A stretch of DNA of 64,000 nt, from NCBI GenBank assembly GCA_965644265.1, contig OZ286463.1, positions 19,096,001 to 19,160,000 of the forward strand, given 5' to 3'. Positions 1 through 14,300 of the stretch are shown in pieces. Numbering within the stretch: the first letter of the stretch is position 1; every line of letters begins with the position of its first letter. The notes beneath the pieces are model-generated. The model saw only the letters and a program-made list of their open reading frames with translations. It was not told where the DNA came from and searched no databases. A program made the translations under genes and the position numbers. The DNA is from Glycera tridactyla. Lineage: Eukaryota.

Positions 1-819
1 CACTACTGTATTTTGAACGATTTCGAATGTGAAGAGATTGCTAAAGTTGAGTGACCTACACAGCAAACAAAGGATGAGATAATATCATATCGGGGATATC
101 TACATAGGTCAATACATGCATTGCATGATATACACATCAAGGAGAAACATTGTATGGAAGTATCTAATCATCAGGTGAGGGCTAGAAGTGTATTCTAGAC
201 AAGCCACATAACATGGAATATGGTTTGTAGAATAAACAGAATGGTGGGTAGACATAACACAAAGAGCCTTTGATGTGAGGTGAACTATAATCCATTGAAT
301 ATGTAGTGCAAGGATGTGTCACGGTTGTCAAAATATTGTTTCCTCAATGTGGATGAACCTTTTGATCACATTTGTATGATACATTTCAAACCGTCTTCGA
401 ACAGTATAACATTGTACATAACTGATCACTGAATTTGGCCAATCCCTAATTTGTCTGAAATTTCCCATGTCTTAGATGTTTTCTTTCTTCTAAGTAAAGT
501 ACATGAGCTCGCCTTCGAAAGATTCCCAGCAGAATTTATGCCCATTTATCGACATGATTTCATTGAAACTATCTGGAGCTGAAATGTTGGTGAATTTCAA
601 GCTGAACTTTTTATATGTGCTATATCACTGTTGCAAGTGATTACAAGGGATACCCAATCATCATGGATTGATCAGCATCACAAACCACGAGATGGAATCA
701 ATCCGAAATTTATCCATGAACCGACATAAAATTCACTTGTGTAGTCAATGATATTCCTATCGTCATTGATCATTTGTGCGATGTCTGAATCAATACATTG
801 GAATAGACATGAAGTACCA

Positions 820-1240
820 ATATGATCATTCGACTTATGAGGGAATCTTGTCAAGGATCTAAACAATGCCCACCCTGAAGCTCCTTGGAGAAATAAGTAT
901 AACTTCTTACGTTTTGTTACTGACCCTAGCGTCAAACCATATTGACACGTCAACACCAAACCTGCACTTAATTGTATTTTGAATAGTTGAGCGACAGATA
1001 AATGAACAGCAGATACAAGTTCCAAACTTACAGTTGCGATATGATCATTCGACTTATGAGGGAATCTTGTCAAGGATCTAAACAATGCCCACCCTGAAGC
1101 TCCTTGGAGACATCAGTATAACTTCTCATGTTTTGTTACTGACACTAGCGTCAAACCATATTGACACATCAACACCAAACCTGCACTTAATTTATTCTGA
1201 ATAGTTGAGCGACAGATAAATGAACAACAGATACAAGTAT
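820..1240. repeat. Tandem duplication, about 219-bp unit x2
   Basis: atatgatcattcgacttatgagggaatc... starts at 820 and again at 1039. Confidence 0.9.
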
Positions 1241-2587
1241 CATAGTGGAATATAGGAGTATTTGATTTCGGATGTATGCAACGAGAATTTAACTCACTGA
1301 GGTATACCAATTACTGTCTTTTGGGACAGAGACAGCCCCCATGTTTGCTACTGGTTGCATTGAACGACTGGATTTAGTCAGAAACATAACTAAACATGAG
1401 GGATGATACTCAGGTGCAGTGGTATTAGTGTAGATGTTGAAATTAGAAATTATGTCCATCGAAACGTATGTGAGTTTGATATTTCATGTCCAAAAAGTCA
1501 GAGGGATAGGAATAAGTGATCTTTACAGATATGCCTGAAACCGGTGTATACTGAAGGCCCCCAGCATTGGTGTCATGGCCATTAAGACCAGACTAAGTAT
1601 TGACTAGAGCTTTATAACATGGCATGAGTCAATTATCCATACCATGCACTGTTATCATAATGGAAACATTTTCCATATTGAGCTGGCCTCAACACTAGCA
1701 ATGAAATCCTACTTATGAAAATATATCTGAATATATCGTCGAGGTCATAGGTGATTGTACTTAATGCGTCGAAAAAGGGTATTGATATCGAGGCAAGCAG
1801 GTTCTTGGATATATGATAGTTGAGAGCAATGGTCAAAGTCAGGAATTATGTGTAATGGCGTGAACACGCACTTGCAATATGCACCCCTCCTGATTTCTGA
1901 AACAGTCCCGATCATCGAATGTAGCTTCTTGCTATGTCTGCTCCCAACATTCTATTTTATGATGCAATGGCCTTTAAAAAGGAACGCTCCTTTATAGAGA
2001 ATTAACATTTTCGTACAAACATAAACAAAATATTTGCTTACTATCCACTTCAAACCGTCTTCGAGGTCATGTCGACAATTTGTTTGGCATTTTGAGACAT
2101 CTCCAAGGCATATTCGACGTTGGTTTGGCCAAAGAATTGGTTGTAACAATGTTGTAGCAATAGAAAGACTACTTTTGAAATTAGCACTGTTAAAACGACC
2201 ATTTGGCCAATCAATCGAATTCCTGATTTTTTTCTTCTATGACTGAGTGAGTCAACCAACAGGCGACATTTCCTGGATACCCCTTCTAGGATGCATCGCT
2301 TGTGGCTAAGAATATAAATAAGGGTCATAAGAAATATTCGTGTTCAATGTCCTCACCGATGATCAAAAAGAATTCTTTTCATAGCGATAATATCACTTAA
2401 ATACGTCTCAGATGTTCTGGGTAATATGTGATCATGTTTGTGTTTGTGACGTCATTGAATGCGTCAAGGAACTCTGTAGAGATCAGGTCCTCACGTAGCT
2501 GCCACCCATTGCATGTTAATCCAATGTCATGGCTGGATCTTGTAGAATATATCGCGAGACGGCCCACTACCTTATCCTCCCTATGAT

Positions 2588-2684
2588 ACTATCTGTAATA
2601 TCCATCACCTGCCCACTGTTACTATCTGTAACATCCATCGCCTGCCCACTGTTACTGTCTGTAACATCCATCGCCTGCCCACTG
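2588..2684. repeat. 33-bp minisatellite x3
   Basis: actatctgtaacatccatcgcctgcccactgtt repeated, starting 28 nt into the intron after the exon 32 donor. Confidence 0.9.
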
Positions 2685-2712
2685 AAGTAGCATCTTGTTA
2701 AAGGGGTCTTAC

Positions 2713-2830
2713 CTTCTTTACTCAACTTTGGATCAAGATCGTGCAGACGGGCAAGTATCAAGTAATAAGTGAAGCCAACTTCGTCCAGTTGTTCTTTCAT
2801 CTCAGCTGAGGGCTTGCCTGCCTCTCCGGT
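2713..2830 (-). CDS. ITPR: ITPR-like exon 32 in window
   Basis: ttccttgctag|...|gtaaga, 118 nt, phase 0-1, TGEAGKPSAEMKEQLDEVGFTYYLILARLHDLDPKLSKE. Corresponds to the VGHNIYILAHQL helix of canonical ITPRs. Confidence 0.9.
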
Positions 2831-5800
2831 CTAGCAAGGAAAGAAAAGATGGCAAATCAATACATAGAAATTGGTACTTCATTTCAGACGGATTGTGTGA
2901 GGCATTAATGGGGAACTGGTGGTTTAACTCAAGAGGAATGGTATTGTGATTGCTTGCTATACTACTGTCTTCTGATTTATACGATATCATTCAAATCGTT
3001 CTTTTGTAACAAACTGTGGCATCATTAGACACATCACGAGTATCCATATGAGTCATTGAGTAATTGGAATGTGGAACAAGATTGTCTTGATAAGGGAATT
3101 GAGACATACCCAGATTACTACCCATATTTGTAACAAGAAGAATATTGGGAACGGGGATACATTGACCAGCCCAAGAGTCAAAGTGTGCACATATCTCTGC
3201 ATGTCTCTTATTTTCCTGATAGGGTCAGGGTATACATTGTAACTTTAACAGCAAGAATAATCCAATACATTTTCATGTGCTGGAATAGAAATTAACACGA
3301 TGATATCATTATTTGGTCGATGGGCAAAGCGTAGAATGCTGTCTATCGTGAAGAATGTTTGGGAAAGAATGAGATTCAGAGGTACAGTGGGAAGCTACAA
3401 CATCACAACTGCAGCACATGTTGAGTCAGGTTCAAGATATGAGTGTGAATGTGGAGTTGTGATGATTTTAAGATATTCCGAAGATGACTAGCACGTTCAG
3501 AGGAATAGATAGTAGAAGGAGCATGCAACTCTCTCACAAATATATCATGTAAAATGCTGCAATCAGAATGCTGAATTGCAAGTGGAATGTTGTTGGGTAC
3601 CATGTCTCACTAATGCAACCATCAATGGTTAGGCATCAACAAAGAGATGTTTATTTTGTCTCAGATAAAAAGTCTCATCTCTGTCCACCAACAAATGTAG
3701 CAGTTAATAGTGTATTCAGTTCTTTCGCTTTGATCAGCCTCTTCAATCATCATGAAGTTTTCTTTCTTGTTCATTTTGATTTGTTTTATGTCGTGAAGGA
3801 TTTTTTTCCTAGGTGGAGACCATCAGGTGGGTGTTGTACATTATTCAGTTATATGAAGAAGACAATTACGGTTGACACCTCTTTATTGAAGGGCATCGAA
3901 ATGACGAGGCATAATTGCAACTTGATTTTCGATTTTGTAGTGGAGAAATTGGTTACCTGATACAGAGACACTTGAAACAATACAACTCATGATAGTCCTT
4001 CAACAAGGATTATTATGAATGTCATCATAATTTGGCCATCGAGAGCAACAATGCATAATTTTACTGAATACATTCGAGACATTCAACTATTTTGCTGACT
4101 TGACCTAATGTCTCCAAGCTGTGACATTAGTATCATTGAAACATACCAGAAATGAATGTATATATATATATATTTATTCATTTATTTATTCATTTATTTA
4201 TATCGAGAGAGTCTGTCTGGGCAAGGCAAACTTTTTTTGGGGTGCAGGTGCAGAAAATTCATTCTTCAGGATGAGTGAGTACCTGTTGTTTCTGCTAAAC
4301 AGCATGTAGAACTAGAGCTTTGTCACAGAGGTGACTAAATATACCCCACCACTTTGATAGTAAGAATGTATGAAATATGGCCAAGATATGGCCCACCTCT
4401 TTAGAAAGGCCACCAACTGTCACCAAGAAGCCACCTTTGTAGATATGTGGTTTTAATAGAGGTCATTTACCGGTGAAAAAAGTATCATGGTCGCAGCTCA
4501 GAGTGACATTAGCAGGTGGTCTTTATGGAGAGTTGGTCTCTCGAGCAGGTTTGACTATGTGAGTGCATCCATGTGTGTGCTTGTGTATTGAGGGTCTGTT
4601 ATGTAATTGTGGAGAGAGCAAAGAAATGGACACCTGTCATAGAGGTGAAGAGCAGAGGCATGTATATTACCAGAGAATCTTACATAACCATGAAAGGAAA
4701 GCCAAGGGGGTTGTGAGAGGCCTTACACCAAACAGACAATAATGAGCCTTGTCGATCTCCTTGTCTCAATGAATTCCAAACTTACAGATACAACCAAATG
4801 CACATATACAAACAATTTCCATATTTCTTGAATAACTCTGTAATTCGTTGACCAATCTGCATGAAAATTGTGTCTTGCACATCTTCACTTTATGGTGATG
4901 ACATATGCAAAGTCTCAATCCAATAGCTTAAGAAATGTGGGAGTAGTGTGCAGGACAAACTTTTGCGGACAGACCAACCGACCAACCAACCAACCGACTG
5001 ACCGACCGACTGACCGACCGACCAACAGAGTGACTCCAGTATACCCCCTTCCAAACTTCGTTTGGGCAGGGTTATAATGAGGGGATTGAATAAATGAACA
5101 GTGCTCGCTGGTCCTCTCTCCTCAAACTAGCATATTTCATAAACCCTTTTAATATCTTAGTTCGAGTGTGTGTGTGAATGGGAGGGGGAGTGGTGAATTG
5201 GTTGGTGATCGTGATAGCAGTCCATTGAAGTGAACAATAGCATCATACTCCTCTACACGAGTAATCATAATTTCTATGAACAATTAGTTCACATGTAAGG
5301 ATTCAATTAAGTGTTTATGTTCAGGTGTTCTTGTCATTCCTGTATCTTACCAACTCCTCATGACCACCAAATGATTTATGACACACATCTTACTATGTCT
5401 TTGATCGAAGATGCAATGTTATCAGATTCAATTTGGAAGTTTGGTTTTCGAATGACCAAGACCTGAGTCATTTAGATTTCGCACAACTTTTCAGATAGAA
5501 CACGATAGTGTATGAATGACAATCATGAGGGGATTAGACATACTGATAGATGGGCATATAGAAATGCAATGTCAAGAAGGGCTGACTGCAGACATTATAT
5601 CCTAACATAAGCAAGGCATGGGGATAAATGGATAGTTGACACAAATATGTCATGGGAAGAAAACATATCAATGATTGTATCACTGCAAACATCCAAATAA
5701 TTCGATCAACACCGATATCAGTCTAACTGCAGGCAGGTATGATGGGATGATAACAGTCGAGGATGTAGTTGGTGTTTCATCCACCAAAGCAGAATGACAA

Positions 5801-8271
5801 ATACTGATGCTGAGGACATTATTAATGCACTTAGTATCTTCGAACCAATTTTCCAAGTATGAAGTTGAGAGGCAGTATTTGGCTCGATGAGCCAAATGAA
5901 AAAATCCAAACTATTCCTCCATCAGATGGATGACATGGCTTGATTTTGACGAATCAGAATGTGCTAGAATAAGAACAGATATATTGAGGAAACACCGCCA
6001 AAATCTATACACAACAATTAATGTGGCATTCCATGATAATAATATTGTGGACGAAGTAAGTTCATAGATATCCCCTAAATCTCTGGAACACAGTGGAAAA
6101 AAAATTACATTCTACAGCAAAAGCATACCAGTTTCATCTGACTACTTATTGCACAGATACAGGGTGACATACATTTTTGTGAATGGGATTAGCGGGATGT
6201 TATTACAATGCAGAGTGCATGGGTGTCTCGGTAGGGTTTGGGTTCAGCATATGTGATGGATTTCTCTGTTGGTGCTCATTGATCTATATAAATCATGTGT
6301 CCTTGTTAAAGCAATGAACAAAATCTTCTTTGGAAGTGCCCCACGCCTCAATGTAGCCAAGTCGTATGCCACGAATAGATGTGATACGCATAGAGATGGC
6401 TAAACACATCATTCATGGGTGGGAACCATTCGAGAATGCTATAAAATATATTTATATCATGTCTTGTTTCGGAAGGGACACTGAGGCTTGTTGGAAGACG
6501 TCATCTGTGGCTGTCAGTCATTGGGAAACCTGTACGAATTCCATCTGTACCAAGGTTGGAGTGCCTGAGAACACTCAACCTTGTGTATTTCTGGAAAACA
6601 TTTGTGTCCCTCAAAATTGATCAGACTTGTGGCAAAACCCCATTCATGACTGGCATACACTGGAGAATGCTGGGAATTGCATCTTTTTCAAGTCTAGTAT
6701 CGCCAGGTATATGGAAAATCTGTTGGAAGACTCTGTCCCTGGCTGGGTGATCTTAATCACACCAAAATATCAGAAAATTTTCATCTAAATTACCTAGAAT
6801 CACTAGAATCCCAAAAATTGTTCATGGTGGCATAGTCCCATCATTCGAAAACCATACTCTTGGGCAAAATTAAACAAAGTAAAACACTGGAATGCTCTCC
6901 TGGTAATTGAAAAATGTGTTGAGAGCATACATTGGCTATATTCTTGGGCTGCTGAGCAAAATGTACTTTTGGATGACCTCAACCTGACTTCAATGGGACC
7001 TCAACACGGATGAACGACGGTGTCGTCACAAATGCTGGACCAACTGTGAATCCCCCTTCCCAAACTTCATTGAGGCGAGTTGAAATTGGGATGTTTTGAA
7101 GCATGCAAAGTCAATATAAACCAGTTGCACCTGAGGGTAATAGCTTAGCATTTCATTTGTTGAAGTTTCGGCTGTCATTTGCATCGCTCACAGTTTCCCG
7201 CTAGGTGGTGTCAAGTCATGTGTGGACAGGCCTTGACCCTGCGACATCACCTATTGTGAAACAGTTCTGAACATGGCTGCTGATACACAGCCGAAATGTC
7301 AACAAACGGCACGCAATTACCCTGGTTGTGAGAAGAGATGTACAATATCTAACCTCACTCTGACTTTTGCTGATAGCAGCCATGTCATAAAACTGTTTTT
7401 CAAACCTGATATCGAAACTATTCAGACTCTTATTTGAACATTGTATATGAATAAGACTTAGCCATCTATGATAACCCAGCTGCACTTTTCTGATATTCCA
7501 TATCCATAGCAAGAAGCTCACGAATAGAGTTTTGCATGTGACATCCATTCCGTTGGAATGGTCTCGTGTGATAGCAATACTCCTCAAATGGCTCTAATAT
7601 GTGGCCTCAATGGATATGAGTTCAGAAATGAAATCACAATGTGTGACTGCAGCAGTAAGAACCAACATAAAAACCCACCACATAAAAACATAGGGTAAAT
7701 CGCCTTAAATGGGATTGAGGGATGCTGCAGCTGATACAGTTGGTGTGACACCATATCACTTGACATATACTTACATAACCAAATGCGTTGGCATCGTCCT
7801 CAAGCTGGAAGTAGGTGGTATATGTGCAAACCGGTAGCAAACACATCATGTGATATGCGTGTACCCAACAAAGACCAAGCACCTACTACTAATATGGCTT
7901 TTTTAATTGGATGTCATCTGGTGGTTTGAATATGGAAAGATGGTGGATGATATTCTGTGTGGATAGCTAGGGATGTTTTGGTAGATAGCTAATGAAGTTC
8001 GATCAAACCAGATCCTAATGTGATGTATGAATGTCATGCAAGAATGCACTGCATATTTCAACAACGCCTCACAAATCAGTTCAAATACATAATCACGTAT
8101 AGATTTCCATAATAGCTCCACCTTTTGATTCATGCTGAATGGTATATTTTGACTCTGGATACATTTGGACGAAATTATTCAAAAACCCATTTTCTTACCC
8201 CATCATCTCAACTCACTTTTTTGAACAATTTCTCGTGAGAGAAGTTGATGGGATATGAGTATATATACATA

Positions 8272-8340
<69 letters not shown>

Positions 8341-11300
8341 ATATGTAAATCGGTACATCAATATCTCATCCACGTGAGAGNNNNNNNNNNNNNNNNNNNN
8401 NNNNNNNNNNNNNNNNNNNNNNNNNNNNNNNNNNNNNNNNNNNNNNNNNNNNNNNNNNNNNNNNNNNNNNNNNNNNNNNNNNNNNNNNNNNNNNNNNNNN
8501 NNNNNNNNNNNNNNNNNNNNTCAATATCTCATCCACGATTTTTATCATATGCATATATTGTATATATCATGCAATATATTTTCCAGCATATTCAATTGGT
8601 ATGTATGTGATATCTACACTGTTCCGGGAGCTGCTCTATGTATTTGAACAGAGATTTCAGTCATACTCTACTACTCGGCAACACAACCACACAACTCACA
8701 GGAAAAGGGCGGCTTGGCAGAGGTAGCTCAACATTCTATACAAATTATGGTGCATTGGAACGTAGCTATGTTGTCTGTTACTTAACAATATAATCCTCAA
8801 AATCACAATCAGTACACTGTGGGTGTGGCAAAGTGCGTAGGTATACGTAATTATACTACCAAACCACAACATTAACCGCTTTACTGCTGTACCAATATAT
8901 TACGGAATTGCATATGTCCCAACTGACAGGATCGAAACATGGAGAGGTACCTAACAGTTCTCCGAATCATCAGGGTGATTCTGCAGATATAGCAGTAAAG
9001 GGGCTAACCTGATAACTAATAAGCATTGTGTTGGAGTACCTGCCATACAATTGACTGATTGCAGGAAGACTGATATGCCACTGCATGTTCATAGAAGATA
9101 GAAGATTACCAAGATTACCAATCTGATCAGAATTGAAAACATTGCTCACAGACGCATGGACAGATTAAATTTCATAGCTGCTTTTGCATATATCCAAGGG
9201 AACTTGAAACATATATCCATTTTGAGAGAGATCATGCATGTACTTTCAGGCAATGACATTTCAGATGATCTATGCATCATTCCATGTATGACACTAACGA
9301 GTTATGCTTATCTATTATCTAACATCAAATAATGATAGTTCATACATTCTTCAAAGTAGACAGAACATACATATGAAAAAGTTTCTCTTTCAAATTTCAA
9401 ATTATTCAAGTTTGATCCAAGAATGCAAGCTTCTTGTATGAAGCGGAGACGTCATGCACTGATGGAAAGTGTCTGAAGTATGTATGAACGATTGTGGAAC
9501 GTCGAATTATTCAATACATGTCAATATATTCACATTTCGGGGTAGTCATACCATTATTAATGGATCAATCCAATTCAATTCGACTAATACAATATGGTCA
9601 CTGTAATAATTTCCAAGATATGAATGCAAACATTCAATACAATGACATGCAATGCTGAAAGGGGTATACAATTATGCCTCACGAAATCATTTCATCATCT
9701 TATCATTGTTCTATGTTATCAAGTGGTAATCTACAAAAAGAAGAATAACTCACCATGGATCCAGCAAGCATGTTTTTGCCCATTTTGGCAAGATTTTTGG
9801 CTGATTGTAAAGTCATTCCAATATTCAGATTAGTTCCTGACTTCCGCACAGGTATATCTATCTTTGGTCTGTCAGGCTGCAATTGACAAGAGCAAAGTAA
9901 AATTGTTATAAACATTTCGTCGTTGGAAAATATCCTGACTTCTCCAGCCTAACTGATACCAATCAAATCACAATCAAATCATTCTAATATTGATCAATTC
10001 TGTTATCTGTGACTACCGATATTTTTGTTGTTGTCAAATGTGGTCTTCACGGAATTCTCTTTTGTGTGAGATCTGATCTTGGTAGTGCACAGCCATTTTA
10101 CATGTGATTGAATTTTGAACTCTCCGCTTTTCTTGCCTTGGGCTCAACAGCGGTGGTTGTGACGTCAAATGCTCAGCACCACAGTTTAGCTGTATACATA
10201 CACACCTTTCTCATGGTCACCCATCAAGTCATCTGAGTGCATTATCATTTTGGATTTATTTCGCATCTTGCCTACCTCCATGACACTGTAGAAACATTTC
10301 GTAGATCACTTGGAGCCCAATTAATTTGATCTAGATGATTGATCAAGTAATGTATAGCATTCTAAACGTTGCATATATCTGTAGGAGGTACAACTCATAT
10401 ATCTAGGAATCCAAACTGTATTGGACAACGATGGTTTGCTGGTTCATCCAAAACATGAAACTGACATTCATGACCTACCTGTGTACTCTCGTAGCATCCA
10501 CACATGCATCTGTACAATGCTTCCTTATCCAACGTATCTTTGATCTCCTGAAATGGAGGTGAAGAAAAGGTTACGTTTGGTGCAGAGAGCAAAACAAAAT
10601 GAGCCATCTACATAATCGAAAGTCTGTGATTGAGGGGAAAGTCACAAATTACAGAATACAAATACAGCAGGTGCGCATGAGCAATATAAATATGTGAATT
10701 GAATTGAATCATATCATAGGGGTGACAATGTCACAGTGGTGCATGATACTAGTCGTAAATAGTCATAAGTTCGATTACAAATTCAAGAGACATCTATGAA
10801 TAATTGATCACAATCACCACTCAAAGTATCCTCTGAAGGCAATTCATCGGACATATGGTGAGTGATCACTGATTTCTTTAATGTATTTCAGTGAAACTCA
10901 TATCAACGAACGAACGTGGTTGAATCATACTCACTAATCGAGAAAAGACATGTGATTTCAAGGGACATGAGTGAGACCCAAGCACCAACTCAAATCAGTG
11001 AAAATCCTTGCTTGCTCAGATGGTCAAATATGTTAGCAGAAATGAGGTTGAAATGTTAAAGTCAGATAGCAATTATGAGATACGGATTCTGTCAATAGTG
11101 ATATGGGAAACATGACATGCAAAAGGAAATCATTCAATCAATACTGTATATTGAATATGCAGGAACCAAACAGCCAGCACAAATTTTATGACAGTCATGA
11201 AGAGGTGCCAATGATGGATATGAGAAAGACCATTGCAAATGTAGTGATGGAAATGGCACAATACATGGGTGAATCGTAGACGAATATTGGTGATCTCCAG

Positions 11301-14300
11301 CATCTCACAAAATGGTGATCAAAAAAGTGGCGAGCCATATCTTTCCTTACAAATATATCTGCTGCAAATCTATTCGATGAAGTTTCATGACAACACTTTC
11401 CGACGATGAAAATATATGACACTTAGCAAACAAACCTTACTATAGCAAGTATTATGATTCTAAAATCCTATATCAAAGAATTATCATCCATCGTTCAACT
11501 GCTTGTAAGTTTCCCCTCACAAGTTACGAATCTCTTGTATCAATCTCCACAATATCATCACTACTTGGCTCAAAACCCATCTCATCATCACTTCAAATTT
11601 TTGTGAAGGAAGAGGATCTTTCTTAAGTGTTAAGTGAATTGTACATGACAGGCGAAATGATAGTGGTAATCCACTGCTGAATATGTTGATTGCAGGCATC
11701 ACTTTTGTCTAGTGGACGTAGCCGACTTTCCAAACACTCCTCTACATCAACTACCTCTTCTCATTTATGAAAGTTTACATCAGTTTGTTAGCTCTAATGT
11801 TATTATATAAAACATTGACACTATATATGTTAGCATCAGAGCTGGGTGATTAGTATAACAATGAGGTTAGATAGTTTATGATGAAAAATGAACATGCATC
11901 GGAAAAGGCAGTTATGGACTTTTGTATCAGACAACCATTCCTAGTAGCAAACATCATTAGTTGGACTGAATGAAAAGCATCGCTTACATGAACAGAAGGG
12001 GACGACCAGTCAGGAATAAGCAGAGGAAAGAGTCAATTTCTATTGAGTCAGGTCTAACCCATACTCCATGCATCTATTGCAATTCAATATGCGCGTCATG
12101 CTCCAATATGTTGGAAATATATTTACATAACACTTTCGTTATTTGGCCATTTCAACAGTACCGATCATATAGTGCGGGTAAATACAGACATTTTATATAG
12201 CAATGATTATAACAAAAAAGGGATAGCAATATTTCCCATTATGCTAATATTATATAGCAAAGCAATGAATTGTGTTTCAAAGCATATGCCAGAACATTAC
12301 CCTTCAAGACTTTAGTCGATATTAAACTGAAGTGTGCATTCTCTGTGTTCTACACAGGTACAGGAACGATGATTATCATATGATTTCTCAGTATTGACTT
12401 CCTAAATATATATTAAACTGAATTCCCTGTGTTCTACACAGGTACAGGAACGATGATTATCATATGATTTCTCAGTATTGACTTCCTAAATATATATTAA
12501 ACTGAATTCCCTGTGTTCTACACAGGTACAGGAACGATGATTATCATATGATTTCTCAGTATTTACTTCCGAAATGTAGGAACATCACTACTTACAGAAT
12601 TGGATGGTTATCATTGGTGAATCTTGCTATGATGAAATATAGATCAGCACTAGCAGCGCATTCCAAATGAAATTATCACAATCGCATCCTTCATATATTT
12701 ATCTATAATGATCTTGGCATATATTTTGGAAGACACAAGTAGGGAACGCTTTGTTAGTGGATGCAGCTTTACTAAGTTCGGTGTACCCACCCTTGGGCGA
12801 CGTTCAGAGCGATATTGGGTTTCACCAATAGTGTCATTGTCCAGTAATAAATTGGCTAAGTTCTGTCGCAGGGGACCAAATTGAAGCTGACTTTGGTTCT
12901 GGCTCCGAGAATCACTATATGGATTCTAGAACAACAACGTCATCACTTATGACGGACCAACACAAAACATCAAAAAGAATCATCATGCAATGGAGAAACT
13001 GCAAACAATGCTTCAAATCTTTCGTCATGCAGTGTACAAACAGAAACACAATCAAACAGAAGATTCAAATAAAATATTGCTCCTAGTAAACACTCATTGC
13101 ATGCCATAGATTTCATTTCGGACTGTCAGATTTCTTTCATGTGTATATTTCATAACTATCCATACGAGCAACCTATGACGTCATGCTGGATTCTCAGGAA
13201 AACATTATTAAAGTCTGTCAAGCTTAATCGTGGCGCGTACGTTTTTCGCCCCAGCATCGCGAATTCGGTTCCGATTGAAATGGAACTTGCCGACAGGCTT
13301 TGTGTACGTCTCCGACGACTATAAATGTAATCCCGTGTGTATTTCACCTTAGAATGCAAAATACGTCAATTTCACGCTGGTTTCGCGGCAGGTGCGGTGG
13401 CTGTATCTCCATTGTTTCACACGGGAAGACCGGACGATAATGCCGGTGAATTCGTCGTGAAAATCCAATGAGATGATGGCGTAATCCTCTATAAAAGCAC
13501 GTAGACTACCTGAAACCAGGTTCAATGATCGCCGGAAGGTCTATATCTTCCATTCGTGCCGTTAAAAGTAAAATCTGACAAAAAATGGCGAAGTTAGCGT
13601 CTGAAACGTACCCGCCACATTTGGATTTGACAGAGTTTAGTATTGAATGGATCGCACACCAACCATCACTGTCCAGTGGGTTTTCATCATCACTCCAAAT
13701 CTCATGCAGAATGAGTCTTGCTAAATTCCTAGCAAATGTCACAAATCCCGACAAGTTAGCATTCTGAAGGGGTCCATCATGTCCAATTTTTTCCAGCTTT
13801 TTTTTTCGAGGGTGCAGTGAAATTTTACCGGAAGTGGAGGTTAAAGCAATGCCATCTAATCTTGTGTTAGATGCCTAAAAGGTCTGGGAAGGGACAGGTT
13901 CAAAATGGAGAAAAAAAATAAATGAAATGTTAAGGTTTTAGGTCCATTTTCTGCACTCGAGTAGGCTAAATCAGACCACCTGCCAAGGAGGAGTGAAGAT
14001 GAAGGGTGAAACATTCCTGCATGGTAGGACCGGGGATGAAGCCCAGACCCATTGCATGCGGGCCCAGCATGCTACCACTGAGCCACCAAGGTAGGCCCTC
14101 AAGATGGAGATGTAAAGCCAGACAGAGTAGACAGTCACGTAAATGATAGGTGACTTCTTTTGTCGACCAACACAAACTTGGCTAGACATCGCATTATGAT
14201 TAGTGCTGATTTAATTGATCGCAATAGGAAATGTTTACATAATACATCCTCCATATCATGATATATATCTTTCTTCTCATTGACTAGATGTATCAAATGG

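Noticed and set aside
1-2712. Next ITPR exon (phase 1) expected toward the channel domain
   Set aside because: I found no convincing AG/GT-bounded segment with the expected SIEI-like peptide. It probably lies before position 1.
6960-7085. Possible further pearl/HINE-like 3' end
   Set aside because: Only the cccccttcccaaacttc motif matches. Too degenerate to call.
12791-12925. 135-nt phase 0-0 pseudo-exon (ttctag|...|gtgggt)
   Set aside because: It is open and symmetric, but it would interrupt the contiguous LQVAR-EIKDTLD helix and has no homology support. Likely chance.
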